This document shows, piece after piece, positions 1 through 13,848 of a stretch of 63,948 nt of DNA. A program made the translations under genes and the position numbers. Origin of the DNA: Paraspadella gotoi (Eukaryota; Animalia; Chaetognatha); the NCBI GenBank assembly GCA_051294375.1, contig CM119270.1:10629850-10693797 (forward strand). The letters are read 5' to 3'. Numbering within the stretch: the first letter of the stretch is position 1; the number at the start of each line of letters is the position of its first letter. Below the pieces are notes generated by a model. It was given only the letters and a program-made list of their open reading frames with translations, was not told where the DNA came from and made no database searches.

Positions 1-2635
1 CCGGAATTCTCGCAATTTGTTCAATCCATTCCAATTCAGATGTTCAAAAAACCAAAACTCCAAATCTCCCGTTTTGAGTGAGATGCCCCCGAAACTCGGA
101 TAAAATTTCCTCCAAAGCAATTTGCGGGGCTGTTATGTGCCTTTATGTTAAGTGCAAAAAATATTAAATATTAAATTTGCGTTTTATGGCAAAAGAAACA
201 AAATTATAGTCATATTATCAGTGTTAGGTGTCAAGATAATGTTGTTTATGTTATTTGTATTGCAGTCCGAATGAATGAATTGGAACGTTTATGGTTAGTC
301 CCATTTCTTTTAGGATTTATGGGCGAATAAAGGATTCTGGATTTTTTTGAAGGAGGAAAAGGATTCAATTAAGAATATCTATTTAAAATGGATATTCCCT
401 AATGGTTATCTTTAAAGTTTAGGAGCTGGCCGCCCGGATACAAAATAACATATTTCATTAATTTAACCTCACCGTAATGTATTTTTTTTTTTACAATTTT
501 TGATCAGCGACCCTGTTATTGCGGCACGTTGTTCGTTACTTGGCGTGTCTTAATGACGGAATCTATTCAAATTAATTAACGGAACGCTTCCTAAAAGTCA
601 TGAAAGCATCGTATTAAAAACAATAATTTTACTCTATCTTTAAATTATGTTGGTGCTTAGATGGAAAACAGAACAAAAAAAAGAGTCAAGCTAATCATGT
701 TTCAACCGATTGTTTCTCAAGGAGAATAAGAAACCAACAAACAAAAAGAACTGGAACGACACTGTACATGAATCCTCCATTGAACCTACGATAATGGTTG
801 TGAATTTATTCATAAGTATTCTTTTGTTTCTCCCTCTCTCTTCTCGTCATTGGGTCCTAATCCATGAGGAGAAGAAACGAATCGGCCGGCGCGGTACGCG
901 CCGGCTGCTCGAGGTGGCGGTTTTTACACAAGAAAAAAAAGAATAAAAAAAAAACGATCGATGAGAACGAGGCCATAAATCGTAAAATAAAAAATTAAAC
1001 AGAAAAAATTAAAACCAAGTGAGAAAAAAACGAAGCCCCAGAAGTGGTTGGAAAACGAAAAATTTACTTCCTGTATGTCCAATTCCGGCGGCACAAAGCC
1101 GCCTGCCTCCGCAAGGCTGGCGCGCCCGTTATGTAACTCCTAGGCGGGCATCGCCGCGGCCCGCCGAGACCGTGGGGGGCGTAGTCCGGCGCCCGAGCCG
1201 CCTAAGCCAGTCCGACCGCGGAGAGACGGAGAAAGACGAGAAAGAGAGCGAGAGAAAGGGAGGAGTGACAGCGCGGATGGAAGATGCAGAGAGGAGAGAT
1301 TAGAGAGAGAGAGGGGAGAGACGAGAGAAGAGAGATGAGAGAACGGCGGAGGACGAGGAGGAGAGATGAGAGAGAGGGAGAGGGAGCGGAGGAGAAATGA
1401 GAGCGCGGGAGGAGGTCGCAGAGAGAGAGGCAGGGGAGAAAAGAGGAGACGATGAGAGGACCCAGAGAGTCGATTGTCCGGTTTTTGCTCTCGAATCCTG
1501 TAATTTGTTTTCGGGCGGCTAAAGTTTTAGCCTCGGATCCTTATCTTTTTTCTGTTTATTTCTCGGCGCAATTTTCAATTACTATGAGAGAAAGCTTTTC
1601 TCTCCTCCTCTCTCTCTCTCTTTTCTCTCTCTCTCTCTTCTCTCCTCTCTCTCTTCTCTCTCTTCTTCTCTCTCTCCTTCCCTCCTCTCTTTTTCTCTTT
1701 TTCTCTCTTTCTCTCTTTTCCTTTTCCTCTTTCTTTTATTTACATTTTTAGCTGAATTTCAATTTTTAATTCCGTTACTAACGAGCATTAATTGGTTCGT
1801 CTGTTATGAAATTTTTCAAGTTTCTCTCTGGCTTAGGCGCCCGGACTACGCCCCACGGGGCCCTGGCGATGCCCCCTAGAGTACAAACGGCGCCCCCTTC
1901 GAGGCAGCGGCTTCCGAATTTGACATAAACGAGTAAATTTTCCACTTTCTGCTCGTTTTTTTCTTGGTTTTATTTCTGTTTTATTTTTACATTTATCTCG
2001 TTTTTTTCTTGTGTAAAAACCCCGCCGATCGTTTCTCATCCGCCAATGACGAGAAGAGAGAGAAAGAAAAAAAGATACTTATGAATAAATTCACTCATTA
2101 TCGTAGGTCATGATTCATCGGTTCAGTTCCAGTCTTTTGTTTTCTTGAAAAACATCGTTGAAATATTACTTTTTTCATCTACAATAATTTAAGTAAAATT
2201 ATTTTTTATACGATGCTCTTAGGAGCTTAATAATTAATAAGATTCGTTTTAACAAAAAAATTGTAAAAAAATAATTACAGTGAATTAAATTAAGAATAAA
2301 AATGTTATTATCCTTCCTAACTAAGAATAAACATTAGAAATCATTTTAATCTTAATTTAACTTGATCTTTTCCTTCAAAANNNNNNNNNNAAAAATCCAT
2401 AAATCTAGGAAGATGGGACTACCAATATAAAACGTATCCAATCATTCATTCACTAAACAAATTATCTTGACCCTACATAATATGACTATATTTTGTCTTT
2501 GCCATAACGAAATTAATATTTATTTGCATTACAACGGCAGCCGACAAATTGCTTGGGAATTTTATCCGAGTTCGCATCTCAAACGGAGATGGAGTTTTGA
2601 ACTGAATTGAAGATTCGAAAATTGCGAGATTCGGT
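1..2635. repeat. Large imperfect inverted repeat (arms about 1-1210 and about 1828-2635); probable fold-back read or assembly artefact
   Basis: The reverse complement of 2600-2635 matches 1-40, and ctggcttaggc (about 1828) is the reverse complement of gcctaagccag (about 1200). The arms align throughout but with many indels (about 1200 vs 800 bp). There is an N run at 2381-2390. Confidence 0.8.
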
Positions 2636-3106
2636 CAAAACGTGAATCAAGAATTGTGACGATCCTCACAGCTTTCGTCTTCTTTTCTTCTCCAAGTTAT
2701 CGACGTTTTACTTTTTTTTCTCTATCATTTTCAATGTCTCATGTCAGCATCCTTGCTCGTCCCTTGTCATCATTTATTGATAATGATAACCTTCGTCATA
2801 ACCTCGATCTTGTCATTTCGTATAAAATCAGAATGATTTGTCATTGTTATTTTTTTTATTGTAATTATTTAATTTTGTTGTTTTTTGTGTTTTTTTTTGC
2901 TAAGAGTTTCGCGCCTCTGTCGTCGAAAAAAAATATTTTGTCATTCTGTCTCATGTCTTTTGTCATCGGTCTTCGTCCTCTTTGTCGTTTCCTTTAAAAC
3001 TCCCGGTAGAGACGCTCGTTGTTTTAACTTTTTTTCCTTCGTCGTTCCCCGAAAAATCCTGGCATTTGCTCCTATCCGTCTCTAACTTTTTTTCGGGAAT
3101 TTTTCG

Positions 3107-3107
3107 C

Positions 3108-3203
<96 letters not shown>

Positions 3204-3249
3204 ACTTGGGGTGTTACATCTCCTCGAGAGTGATCTAACTGAGGCTCTC

Positions 3250-3311
<62 letters not shown>

Positions 3312-3318
3312 TCTCTCT
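3107..3318. repeat. (CT)n microsatellites
   Basis: Two long CT dinucleotide runs visible directly. Similar runs lie at about 4180-4240, 17425-17487, 20634-20698, 29883-29982, 33515-33572, 36207-36332 and 62165-62254. Confidence 0.95.
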
Positions 3319-4188
3319 ATCGCCAAAGGGGGGGGATTGTTATTTGCTCTGATTTCGTGCGAAAATCGCGAAAAAACGTCGCGAAACTTGGAATCGCATT
3401 CGAAAAAGAGATGTTAAAAGATTAAGGGGAGGGACGGAAAAGTTGGTAGATTAAGGGAAGAGTAAAACAATTAAGATGGAAGATTTTGTGGAGGATAGCT
3501 GAACAAGCTTGTCGAAAAATAATGGATTGGGGTCTGGACAGAAATAAGTATCTGTGGGTCTAGCGGATTCTGAAAACTAAACATCTGCGTACAGTTTACA
3601 GTTTTTTTCTTTCGCTATAAAAAGTATAAACTTTGACCTCTGCTTATCTATATAATTATTAGGCTAAAACTTCATTCATGGGACTCGGTTTTATGTAGAT
3701 GGCACCAAAAATTCCATCCCCGCGGGCGACCTAAGCTGCAGCCTGTTGTCTGGAGCGTCCAGCAGCAGCGAGAGCTGCAAATACTGCCGCGCTAGAGGCA
3801 GTGAATTCCGCTTGTTTTACGTGAAAAACTCGCCCGATTATCTGTTATAATGGAGATTTAATGGTTCTCGCTTCTTTATCCTCTTCTGAGGGAAGCAAAG
3901 GTGGTGAGGAAGAAGAGGAAGAGGAGGAGGACGAGGAAGAGGAAGGGGGAGAGAGAGAAGCTCGATCCCTCCGTTCCTGGAACGTTTGAGATTCTTTTAT
4001 TGATTTTTTCTTGTTTTTCAGTTTTTATTTTATTTTTATTTTTGGTTTTTTTTTCTCTTAACCTCACGTGGGAGGATGAGGAAGAGGAGTTGAAAAATTC
4101 GGCTAAGGGAAAAGTAGATGAGTGCAGGGGAAAATATTGTATTGCTGGCAAATTGCTTTCATTATTGTTTCATCGATAACGGAGAGAG

Positions 4189-4231
<43 letters not shown>

Positions 4232-4310
4232 CTGAGAGAGAGAAAGAGACAAAAAGAGACAAGAGACAAGAGACAAAAAGAGACTAATTGCAAAATGTTT
4301 CACTTTTCAG

Positions 4311-7300
4311 GTTTCCTTCTTCGCTGGTCTGTGGAAATGTTCATTGCAAGAATTTGCACTATAGAGATCATTACCATTGCATCGATTGTTCAGACAAGGT
4401 CAGTTTAGATTCATCCGACTATTTCAATAATAAATAAATTATATTATAACAATAATAAATTGCATGAAAATAATCTTATCGTCATTTTATATCATGTATT
4501 TTCTCTCACTTCGCTTCCCATGTATGTCATAATTATGATATCCCGCCCCTCAGGTGTTCATGAAGAAGGAGGAGATGATTCGTCACTTCAAGTGGCACAA
4601 GAAACGCGACGATTCCCTGCAACACGGATTCCTTCGCTTCTCTCCCTTCGACGAGTGCACCGAGCGATTTCCGGGAAATTGCCCGCACAACCGAAAGCAG
4701 ACGCACTACCATTGCATGCAGGTTGATTGATTAATTTATGGCTTGGTTAATTAGTCTGATTGATCTGATTGATTGATCTGATTTCTGTTTACCTGCTCAA
4801 TCTTCTTCATGCCCAGCCCGGATGCGACAAGGTGTACATCAGCACCTCAGACGTGCAGATGCACGCAAACTATCACCGCAAAGACCAGACCATCATGCGC
4901 GAAGGGTTCCAAAGATTTCGCGCCACCGAAGACTGCGGGACACTCGCCTGCAATTATCACAAGCAGAGGACGACTCACTTTCATTGCCTCAGAACCGGAT
5001 GCAATTTTACCTTTAAGAACAAAGCGGATATGGGTAAGCAAAGGAAACGGCGATATTTGCTTTTCAAAGTTCCAATTCAAAGTTTAAATTTGATAAATAT
5101 ATTTAGAGAAACACAAGTCGTACCATGTAAAAGACGAGCAGTTGGCGAAGGACGGATTTAAAAAGTTCATGAAGTACGAACCCTGTCACTACCCGAGCTG
5201 CAAATACTCACGGATCTCTAATCACATTCATTGCATTCGACCGGGTAAGTTAGAAGATTTGAAGGTTGGTCGTCACTTTCTCGCAAGATGAGATCAGTAA
5301 TTTAGAATTTAGAATGGTTGATTTTAGTTAGTCATTTATTAGTCATAGATTCCGTGACATTGTTAATATAATTCTTTTTTTTTTTTTTAATTTTCGAAGC
5401 CCAACTTCAAAAACTGCCTCCGGCGAAGATCCCCCTTTTACAGCGACGTTTTAAAAAAAATGAAGATCTATGGGTTGTCGTCTAAAATATTAATATTTTC
5501 TTATTCGATCTTTCCAAATTTATTTCTACCTTCAACCCTCAAAGGCTGCCTCTATGTTCTCCACTCCACGGGTCAACTCTACTCCCACAAACGCAAACAC
5601 GAGCGACGCGACAACGAGGTCATCTACCGGAGTTTTCAAGAATCACAGGCGTTAATGCAGTCCCTGAACGGCGGCGATACCACGCCCACCGACGCCGATT
5701 TTCCGTCTCCCTTTTCCGGCGCCGGTTTCGGCGGCGTCGAGGGACGTCGGGAATCGATCTCCTCGGACGACGAAGACGAAAAGTGAGATTTTTTAACAGT
5801 AAAGTTTGTTTCTTCAATTTTAATTATTTATTATCAAGTTTTTAATTTGAAACGAAAAATTTAAGATGGAACTCGGAGACGGGTTCCGGTGGCGCAAGGT
5901 TGACGTCAACGTCGTCGATGACGTCACGAAATATCAACGTCGCGACGACGATGAGCGAAGGAAACGGTACGATGGCGGAGCAGCGGATTAATAATTGAGT
6001 GATTGATTGATTAACATCGTTTTTGATTTGATTTGAATAATATGAAGAATTTTGTTTATTTAATTATAGAGAATTGATGTAATTGAATGTTCTATTTGTT
6101 GATTGATGTATTGATTGACGATCATCTTACTAAGGTGTCGATCACGATAAGGACCCTTTGTCTCTGAGTAGAAGCTCTTCTCTCGAACGTCGTCCAAATC
6201 GATGGACTGAGGAGGAAGCTTGGACTCACTACATCAAAAGGTAGTAACATCCCGTAGGATTTTATATTGTATTATACAGTACAGTATATTCAAACAACCA
6301 AGACTTCTTTATTGACTTTTTTTTCTCTTTTTTCCCCGACTCCCTTCCCAATTCTCAGATACTCCGACCGGGATCCCTGCGTCGCCCGCTGCGAATTTCT
6401 CTACCGGGAACACTTTCACTGCACGGCGCCCAACTGCAACGAGGCGTTCGGCGGCGGAGACGGCGCCACAGAACACGTGGCCCTGCACGAGCGGGAGAGA
6501 CACGTGACCGAGGCGTGGTTCGAGGTGTTCCTGGCGGGACAGAGCTGTGGCGGGGGCGGGGATGGTGGCAGCCATGTTGGTGGGAGTGGGCGAGATGTCG
6601 AGGAGGTGGAGGAATGTCTCTTTGACCGAAAGGAACTGCACTATCACTGCAGGAAGGTGAGTGAGAAATCGTGTAGCTGAAAAATAAGAACAGCACAGTT
6701 GAAGAGTAGAAAAGTTAAAACTAAAGTTCGAATTTCTGTCACCATAATTTTTTTTTCTTCCTAAAACCTATTACAAACTAATGATAATTATCGGGAATTG
6801 AAACGAAATACATTTAAATCATTTAAAGTTTTAAACTTACTCCACACAATAGCCCGGATGCACGACCGTGATTCGTCTTTTGGATCCAGTCTTCAGTCGC
6901 CTTCGACATCACGAGATTCACGTCCACATGGAGACCATCCCCAATCCGATCGCCAGTCCAGAACCCTCGGGAGCCGGACCCGTTAACGACGCCGCCAATC
7001 CTTCGGCGTCCAATGGCGATTCCGAGCTCAGATCGGTGCGCCCGACAAGCGTGACAAGCGGGGCGATAGGTGGCGCTTTTACTCCTCCACGCCGCCATGC
7101 GACCGCCGATGGTGCCGCTACTCCGCCACGCCCATTGGACGACTACGTGACGAGGAAGCGTGGTCGTCCTGTCAAAAACTCGGGCGTAAGCGGCGTTGAA
7201 TTTTCCACCTCTGCCGGCGTAGTTCCACCTGTTCCAACTCTCTCTAAGGCTCAACACCCACAACACGATCAAGCGCCACCCATCGAGCAGCGATCACACC

Positions 7301-10300
7301 TTCCGTTCAACCCCCCCATTCATGCCGGCTTCTTACGCACCGTCATAGCTTCAGGACTCTCACCTGCGTTCCTTGGCGTCGATCATCGCCAAATAGCGGC
7401 GTCGTTGGGTTTGGCGCCACCGGCGGCGGAATTTGCTGGATCGTCGGCGGTGGCGACAGCGGCGGCGCACCTGGCGGGGTTGAAGGCGATGATAGATCTG
7501 GAGTCTGAAAACGGAGACGGAGTGAAGGCAGCTGCAGCGGCGGCGGAAATTCAGCGGCAGACGCTGCGGCGAATGGCCGAGGTTGCGTTTCCGGCCCCAG
7601 CACCGCTGGAGTTAAGGGTAAGGCGTGCGGAGAGTGAAATCGATTAATGTCTCTGAGATACGTACATAATATATTTTTGTGCTTTCCTCGCTTATTTAAG
7701 TAAGTAGAGAGAATTTCTATACAAAACCAAAGTGGAATTTTATTATATAAACAGTAACCAAGACGGTGTCAATTTCCAGGCAGAGTTAATCAATACAATT
7801 TTGGTGACAATTTATACCGTGCCATCGGATCGGAGGTAAGGGTAGAAATCACCGGCGGATGGAAGCCCATCCGATCATTGATCGGTTCCATTTGTCTCTT
7901 GATCAATGAGAGAGTTCCATTCTGATTCCGGCGGATTTTGCTCGAGTCGCCGATCCGATTTCGTTTCTTGAGTTTGATTCCACTACGATGCGCTTAATGA
8001 TTTTGTTCGCTTTTTTACCCTTCCTTCCTGAAAGATTCCACCAATCCCCAAAGACTCACCTCATCATCTCCTTCAAAGATCCCCCGTTCCTCTTCCTCCT
8101 CCTCCTGCTCATCCTCCTCCTGCTCATCCTCCTCCTCTTCCTACTCACCGGACCAATCAACTCCTCCTTCAGAGATCTCCGCCTCCGCCGCCACCTCGAT
8201 CCCCCACCAACTCCTCGACGTCGCCCGAATCTCCCGAGCAGCACCACCTCCACCACCAGCCCCACCCTCTCGTCGAAGGCTTCCGCATGTACGCGGCCGA
8301 GCAGCGGTGCCCTCCGCAGCTGCAGGCCTGCAACTTCAGGTAGGTCGCGACTTGAGAGGGCGGGTGAGTTTTGAGGTGTGCCGCCGAGGAGGATCGGGTA
8401 TGTGGGGTAAGGGGTTTTTTGAGTTTTGAATTATTCCAGGATCGATGCGCGAGAAAAACAAAGAAGGTAAGTTTGCTTCTTATGAGTTCCTATGACAGAC
8501 TTACGGCAGTTAAAATTTGATTTAACTTTTTTTAGTTTAAAGATAATTACAAAAATGGTATCTTACGTTGAGATGCATGGTTTAACCATTCTTGTACGTA
8601 ATTAGAAAAGAATAAATATAATCGTAATGATAAGTTTCAAAAACGTGTTAATTTCAGAGTGCAGATTGCAACGTGTTAAGAATCATGAAATTTCTAGTAA
8701 GTGTCATTTTTACAGGTGAGAGCGCAGATGTTAGACTTTAGTAGTTGATTGCAGACATAGTAATTAAAAGTGGGGCAAACTTGGAGAATATAGTCGGCCC
8801 GTCAAAGACGTAAAGTAGGTGCGTCATTTTAGGCCACGGCAGCCATTAGCATAAACTACAGTGAAGTTTTCATTAAAATGAAAAAGAACACATTTTTTTT
8901 TTTTACCTCAGCGGAGTGCGAACTCACTTCCACTGCCTCCTCTGCCCATTCGCCTCTGACCGGCCCGAGCTTCTCCTCACTCACCGCGAAGCCCACGCAG
9001 CCGCAGCTTCCGCCACCTCAGCAGCTGCCGCATCGGCTGCCGTTTTCGCTTCTTTCGCTGCGCCGTCTTCCATCCCGTCTTCCAACCCCACTCACCCACC
9101 GTCACTATCATCCAAACACAATCACGATCTTCCGCTCGTCGTTCACAACGGCGTCCATCACTCTCTTCACCCTGGCGTTCACTCCATTCACCCTGGCGTG
9201 CGTCTCGTTTATCCCGGCGCCGGATCGAACCCGGCGTCGCCCAATTCCATCCCGGCTTCGTTAATTGACGTCTCTAAACTTTTGAATGGAAATTATCCTC
9301 ATCATCTTCGGTCTTCCTCCTACTGCTCACGGACGGGTTCTCCACCTACCGCCCTCGTCGCAACTGCGTCGCCTCCTAAATTCACCGTCTCCAGTCTTTT
9401 GACGACGACGGCGACCCCGGCGACAAACGGTGTCAGAACGGCGTCATTTTCGGCGCCTTCGACGACGCCCACGCCCTCTACCGGTGTCATCGTCCCAACG
9501 CCTATCCTCCCTCGCTCCTGGCTGCTGGCGCGTAACGCGACAAACGCCGGTGGTGCCGTGGAAACGATCGCGCATTCTTATCCGTCGACGGCGGCGTCCT
9601 TTTCAACTTCGGCGCCGTCCACGGTCTCTTCTGGATTTCCGATTGCCGCGAAGCCCGGCGACGGCGCTCCCACGACGCCCCAAATGACAACGCTGCCGGG
9701 GACGACGCCCCTCTCTCCTCTTTACAACTGGACGACGATTAAGAAACAAATGCATTTCCCCACTAACGCTGATTGTCGCCATCCGTTTTGCAAGTTGAAG
9801 CGTAAAGATCACTATCACTGCCTTTATTGCTACAAGGCGTTCTCGTCCGGAGCGAGACTGAGGCCGCACTTGGGCAAGCACGGCGTCAGGATACAACGGG
9901 CGAACAGCGCCGCCTGCTTGGACACGGCGACGTTGATTCCGACGCTGCCGACGCCGCTGCCGACGGCGTTGTCGCCGGTCGCGCGTCCCGCCGCTTTCGA
10001 CGCTGCCACGTCGGCGTTGCCGCTGCATCAGTCGCCACAGCGACGGCTTGAACGGCGCGCCGGAAGCAGCAGCGGCGGCAGCAGCGGTGGCAGCGGCGCA
10101 GGATCGAGTCCGGCCCAAATGTCGGAGGAGGAAGAGGACGAGGAGGGAGAGGTGGACGTCGTGGATGAACGACTGCGGCGACGAAACGACGACGTCGATG
10201 AAAATTCGACGCCGATAGTTCCGGCTTCGTCGCGCCTTCGCGTAGCACTTGAGTCTCACTCCTCGACGCCCCAAATGAGCGCCGCTCGAAGAGACGACGC

Positions 10301-10493
10301 CGCCTCCACCTCTGCCCACTTGGCGTTGCCGGCGATGTCTGAAAGGAAGTTCGTCGTGGTTCCGGCGTCGCGAAGTTGCGAGGCAGAGAACTGCGACTTG
10401 TCCGCTCGAATCTCGCACATCCATTGTCTTTCTTGCGCGTACGTCTGTACGGACATTCAGAAAATCAACATTCATATGAAGGTGCATTGTTGA
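4311..10493 (+). CDS. CASZ1: Castor / CASZ1-family zinc-finger transcription factor (5' end not resolved)
   Basis: Phase-consistent GT-AG exons: 4311-4398, 4554-4721, 4817-5033, 5107-5244, 5545-5782, 5866-5966, 6135-6240, 6359-6656, 6853-7617, 8035-8339, 8912-10493 (TGA). The translation has Castor hallmarks [72 protein letters not shown] and [13 protein letters not shown], with nine C2H2-C2H2 Castor-type units. AATAAA at about 10664 and 10696. Confidence 0.93.
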
Positions 10494-12547
10494 AGAGTCG
10501 TTATATCGTCATCGTTATTTTCGTTTCAATTCACGTTTTTTTTGGTTTTTTTTATGCAAACCTTATTTGTACGACGTAATATTTTATAAACGAAAATCCG
10601 TTTTGGTTTTTTTAATAGCGCTTCTACTGAAAGTGACTGTTTTCTAAGTGATCAAATTTTTTCAATAAAGCGAGTAATGATAGTGAATGATGAAAAATAA
10701 ATATTTAAGAAAACTAATTGTCTCGTAACTAAATGATGGATTCGAGTTTAAAAATTCATTTGTTAATATTTTAATAGTAAGAGGTAAACAAAGTTAGGGA
10801 TAAATACATCTATAAATACTTAACCTTTAACCAATACAGTGAAGTCCCCGTTTACATACTTCAAAAGTTGAATATTGTAAATGCAAGTAAGTGACGAGGA
10901 ATAGAGAGACACATTTTCATTGAATTCTTCATAATCATTAGTTTGCTTACTTATTAATTACATGTTAAATTCACTTCTGATAACAATATTTTTTTAAAAA
11001 TATGTACCCAAAAATTATAATATTTAAACTGTGAAATAATAGTGACATAAGCCAATATCTTTTTTTTTTTAAATTATCAAAATACTGGTCGTCCTAATCA
11101 TAGATCATTTTTATTTAACGCAATTACTAAACTCCTAATACATTAAATAAATTAAGTGTACGTTTAATCAAAAACATCGTTAGCATTTAATAAAATAAAC
11201 TTAACTAACCCGCATAAGTTAAGTCTAGTTTTTAAGCCCAATTTGGGCAAACATAGGATCTATCATAGTGTTATTATCAACTGTAATTGTATTTATTTGT
11301 TAATTCTCTGTTATCCAGAGGCATGTGTAACAATATGTTTAATAAAGTGAAAGCTACGTTTAAATAGCTGTAATTTTGTCAATTATATACGTTATTAGTC
11401 AGCTTTGACAATATTGGGTCCTAGAATGTAAGAATGTAAGAATGTTCTGGAACATACTGGAATCCCAGAATACCTTTCTGTTTGTTTTAAGGTCGCAATG
11501 ACAACGGATATAAAATTTATATAATATATATTATATAATTACCCACGGTTTATCAATCCGATATTCCATAGAAAAATACGCATTTGTCGAATACGCTTTT
11601 TGTTATTATATACTCTTCTTTGCGTTGAAGGTTAGTGCAGCGCCACCTCCCGTTGGGCGTAAACAAAAGAGTTTCCAAATCTAGTGTAAACTTTTCTCAA
11701 GCTTGGGAATGCGACAGATAAAAAAATATACAAAACAACATCTTAAATGTAAAAAATCCGGTCTGGAATAATATTTAAGGACTCTCCGAGGACCATGGCA
11801 GCTTGTACAAGGAGATGCAAAAATGGCTACAGCATCCATATGATCTATCCATTGGTCATATTATTGGTGATTAACATCGTTTTATGAGGAAAACGCATAT
11901 TGTTTTTATTTATGAAATAGATTTTATTAGTTAGAAAAGCCCTGACAATTTTTTGTGCTCGTCCTATATGACGACAAGGTCACTTCATATTTGACAGTAT
12001 AAAATCATTTTTTCCGGTGGGAGAGAATCTTAATTTTTTTCAATTATTGGAACAAAACTTTGACTTGACTTGCGCTCTTTTTTGATAGTTTCGTACCACC
12101 AATGGTCGACCAACAAATCAGGAAGTCCTTGACTTTATCTGGCTTATAAAAAATTTACAATAGACCTGCATTGAATAGCAGAGAGTAAAGTTCAATGCAG
12201 AAAACCGGAACCTCAGAGATTTTAAAAATTAGAAAACTTGAAAAAGCGATCCGAACTTTGTCTTCCTACTGTGGGCAAACACCTTGATTTTGCAATAGGA
12301 TGAGGGTACTCAAAATAATTTTCATGACTTGTGATTGTTTGGTCAGGTTAATGAAAATTTTATTCAAATTGGTCACAGAGCTTTTAAAATTATTTTTAGG
12401 TCGGTACCCATGGACCGCCTTGTACATTATTTTTACGTCTTTCTTGTCAAGATTCACTATCAGAAACTTCAAGGGGGAAAAATCATACAAGAAATGTCAG
12501 AAGAATCCGACGCCTTCCGGCGATGAAGACGGACTGGCGCTGACATC

Positions 12548-13848
12548 TTATTAGTCGGATCTGCTTATCAGCAGATCCTGACTCTATAATAGGGTGGAGT
12601 GATGAAAAGATTGAGCGATGGAACAATGTTTTTTTGCTGCCTTTGTATATGTAATAAATAATAATTAAGCCCTTTTTTTAAAAAAATTTGTATAACAGTA
12701 TCATTAATTGAATTTTTTTTATAGTAATATCCTTATAAAATTATAAAATTTCAAAATAATATTTTTTTTAATTTTAAGAACAGTTTCGGATTCCCTAGAA
12801 AAAACTGAAAAACTTTTGTAAAATATGTTACATGATATTTCTAGGTTAAAGCTGCGAAAAAAGACCAAAACGTTTTATCATATAATAGTTTCTACTACAA
12901 AGTGTAAAAAAGTGGAGAATTTGACCTTTTTTTCTTATTTTTGATATTTTTAATAATTTTTAATAACATATTTTATATTTTTGATCTAACTTTTTATAAA
13001 GAATCAGAATCTTTAATAATAATTTAAAACAATTTTTTTCTTAAAAATTTATTATTTTATAAGGATATTTCTATAAATATATTGTAATATAATGATACTG
13101 TTCACCAAACAATATAAGCAAAATATTTTTTGTACTCCTTAATTATACTATCTCACATCTAAATATCCTTGTTTGTTCACTCAAATAAAATTTATGTTCC
13201 CAGTGCTCCAATCTACTCTATAATTCACTTTGTCGGTCCGTCGGTCCGCCCCCTCAATCTTGTCTGGCATTCACTTATATCATGTCAGAACATCAAATTT
13301 TGATAAATTATGCAAAAAAAATGATTTCCGTCCATCTGTCTGTCTGTCCGTCTGTCTGTCTGGCTGTCTGTCTGTCTGTCTATCTGTCTGTCCATCCGTC
13401 TTTCCTACCTTAGCTAAAAACTCCACAAAACAAAAAACCTGTTTCACTAATTGATTATGCTACTTTTTATTTTTATATTAAATGTAAATACAAGATGTAT
13501 TAATCAATCAAATAATTAATCAGTTAATTAATCAATTATTCAATTAATTAATCAATAATTAACTAATAAGTCAATTAATCAATCAATTAATTTTTCAATC
13601 AATCAATTTATTTATTTACTATTTAATTATTCAATCAATAAATTTATTTATCAATTAAATAATTATTTAATCAATCAATCAATCAATTAATCAATCAATC
13701 ATCGTCGTCCCAATCATCATCGTCATTGCTTTTGTCGTGGTCAGTGACAAAAAGACTTAAAAACAAATATTTCGGATCAAATTAATTAATTAATTAATTA
13801 CCGCTAATGATCGCGGGCAGATCCGACCTTGTTTGCTCAAACTTGTTT
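12548..13848 (+). mobile_element. Non-autonomous Helentron/DINE-1-like element (family 1), interrupted by a MITE
   Basis: 5' subterminal IR gtcggatctgc (12554-12564) with an adjacent partial IR gcagatcc (12571-12578), a (GTCY)n microsatellite at about 13328-13400, a 3' subterminal IR gcagatccgac (about 13817-13827) within a terminal hairpin, ending ...aaacttgtt in a T run. This is the known DINE-1/HINE layout. Confidence 0.72.
12590..13215. mobile_element. hAT-like MITE with 8-bp TSD
   Basis: Flanked by ctctataa at 12582-12589 and 13216-13223; ends TAGGGTGGAG...CTCCAATCTA; internally palindromic. The empty site (gattctataattcac) is seen in the sister element at 16031-16045. Internal sequence is related to 19232-19850. 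Confidence 0.72.

Noticed and set aside
2963-3417. RERERE / LSLSLS ORFs here and at 17282, 29860, 33210, 36096 and 61973
   Set aside because: Translations of (AG/CT)n microsatellites.
9603-10487. 294-aa minus-strand ORF and other ORFs overlapping castor exons
   Set aside because: Shadow ORFs of a GC-rich coding exon, with no recognisable motif.
11600-12545. Moderately GC-rich stretch resembling decayed coding or transposase sequence
   Set aside because: Multiple stops in all frames and no motif I can assign with confidence; BLASTX would be needed.
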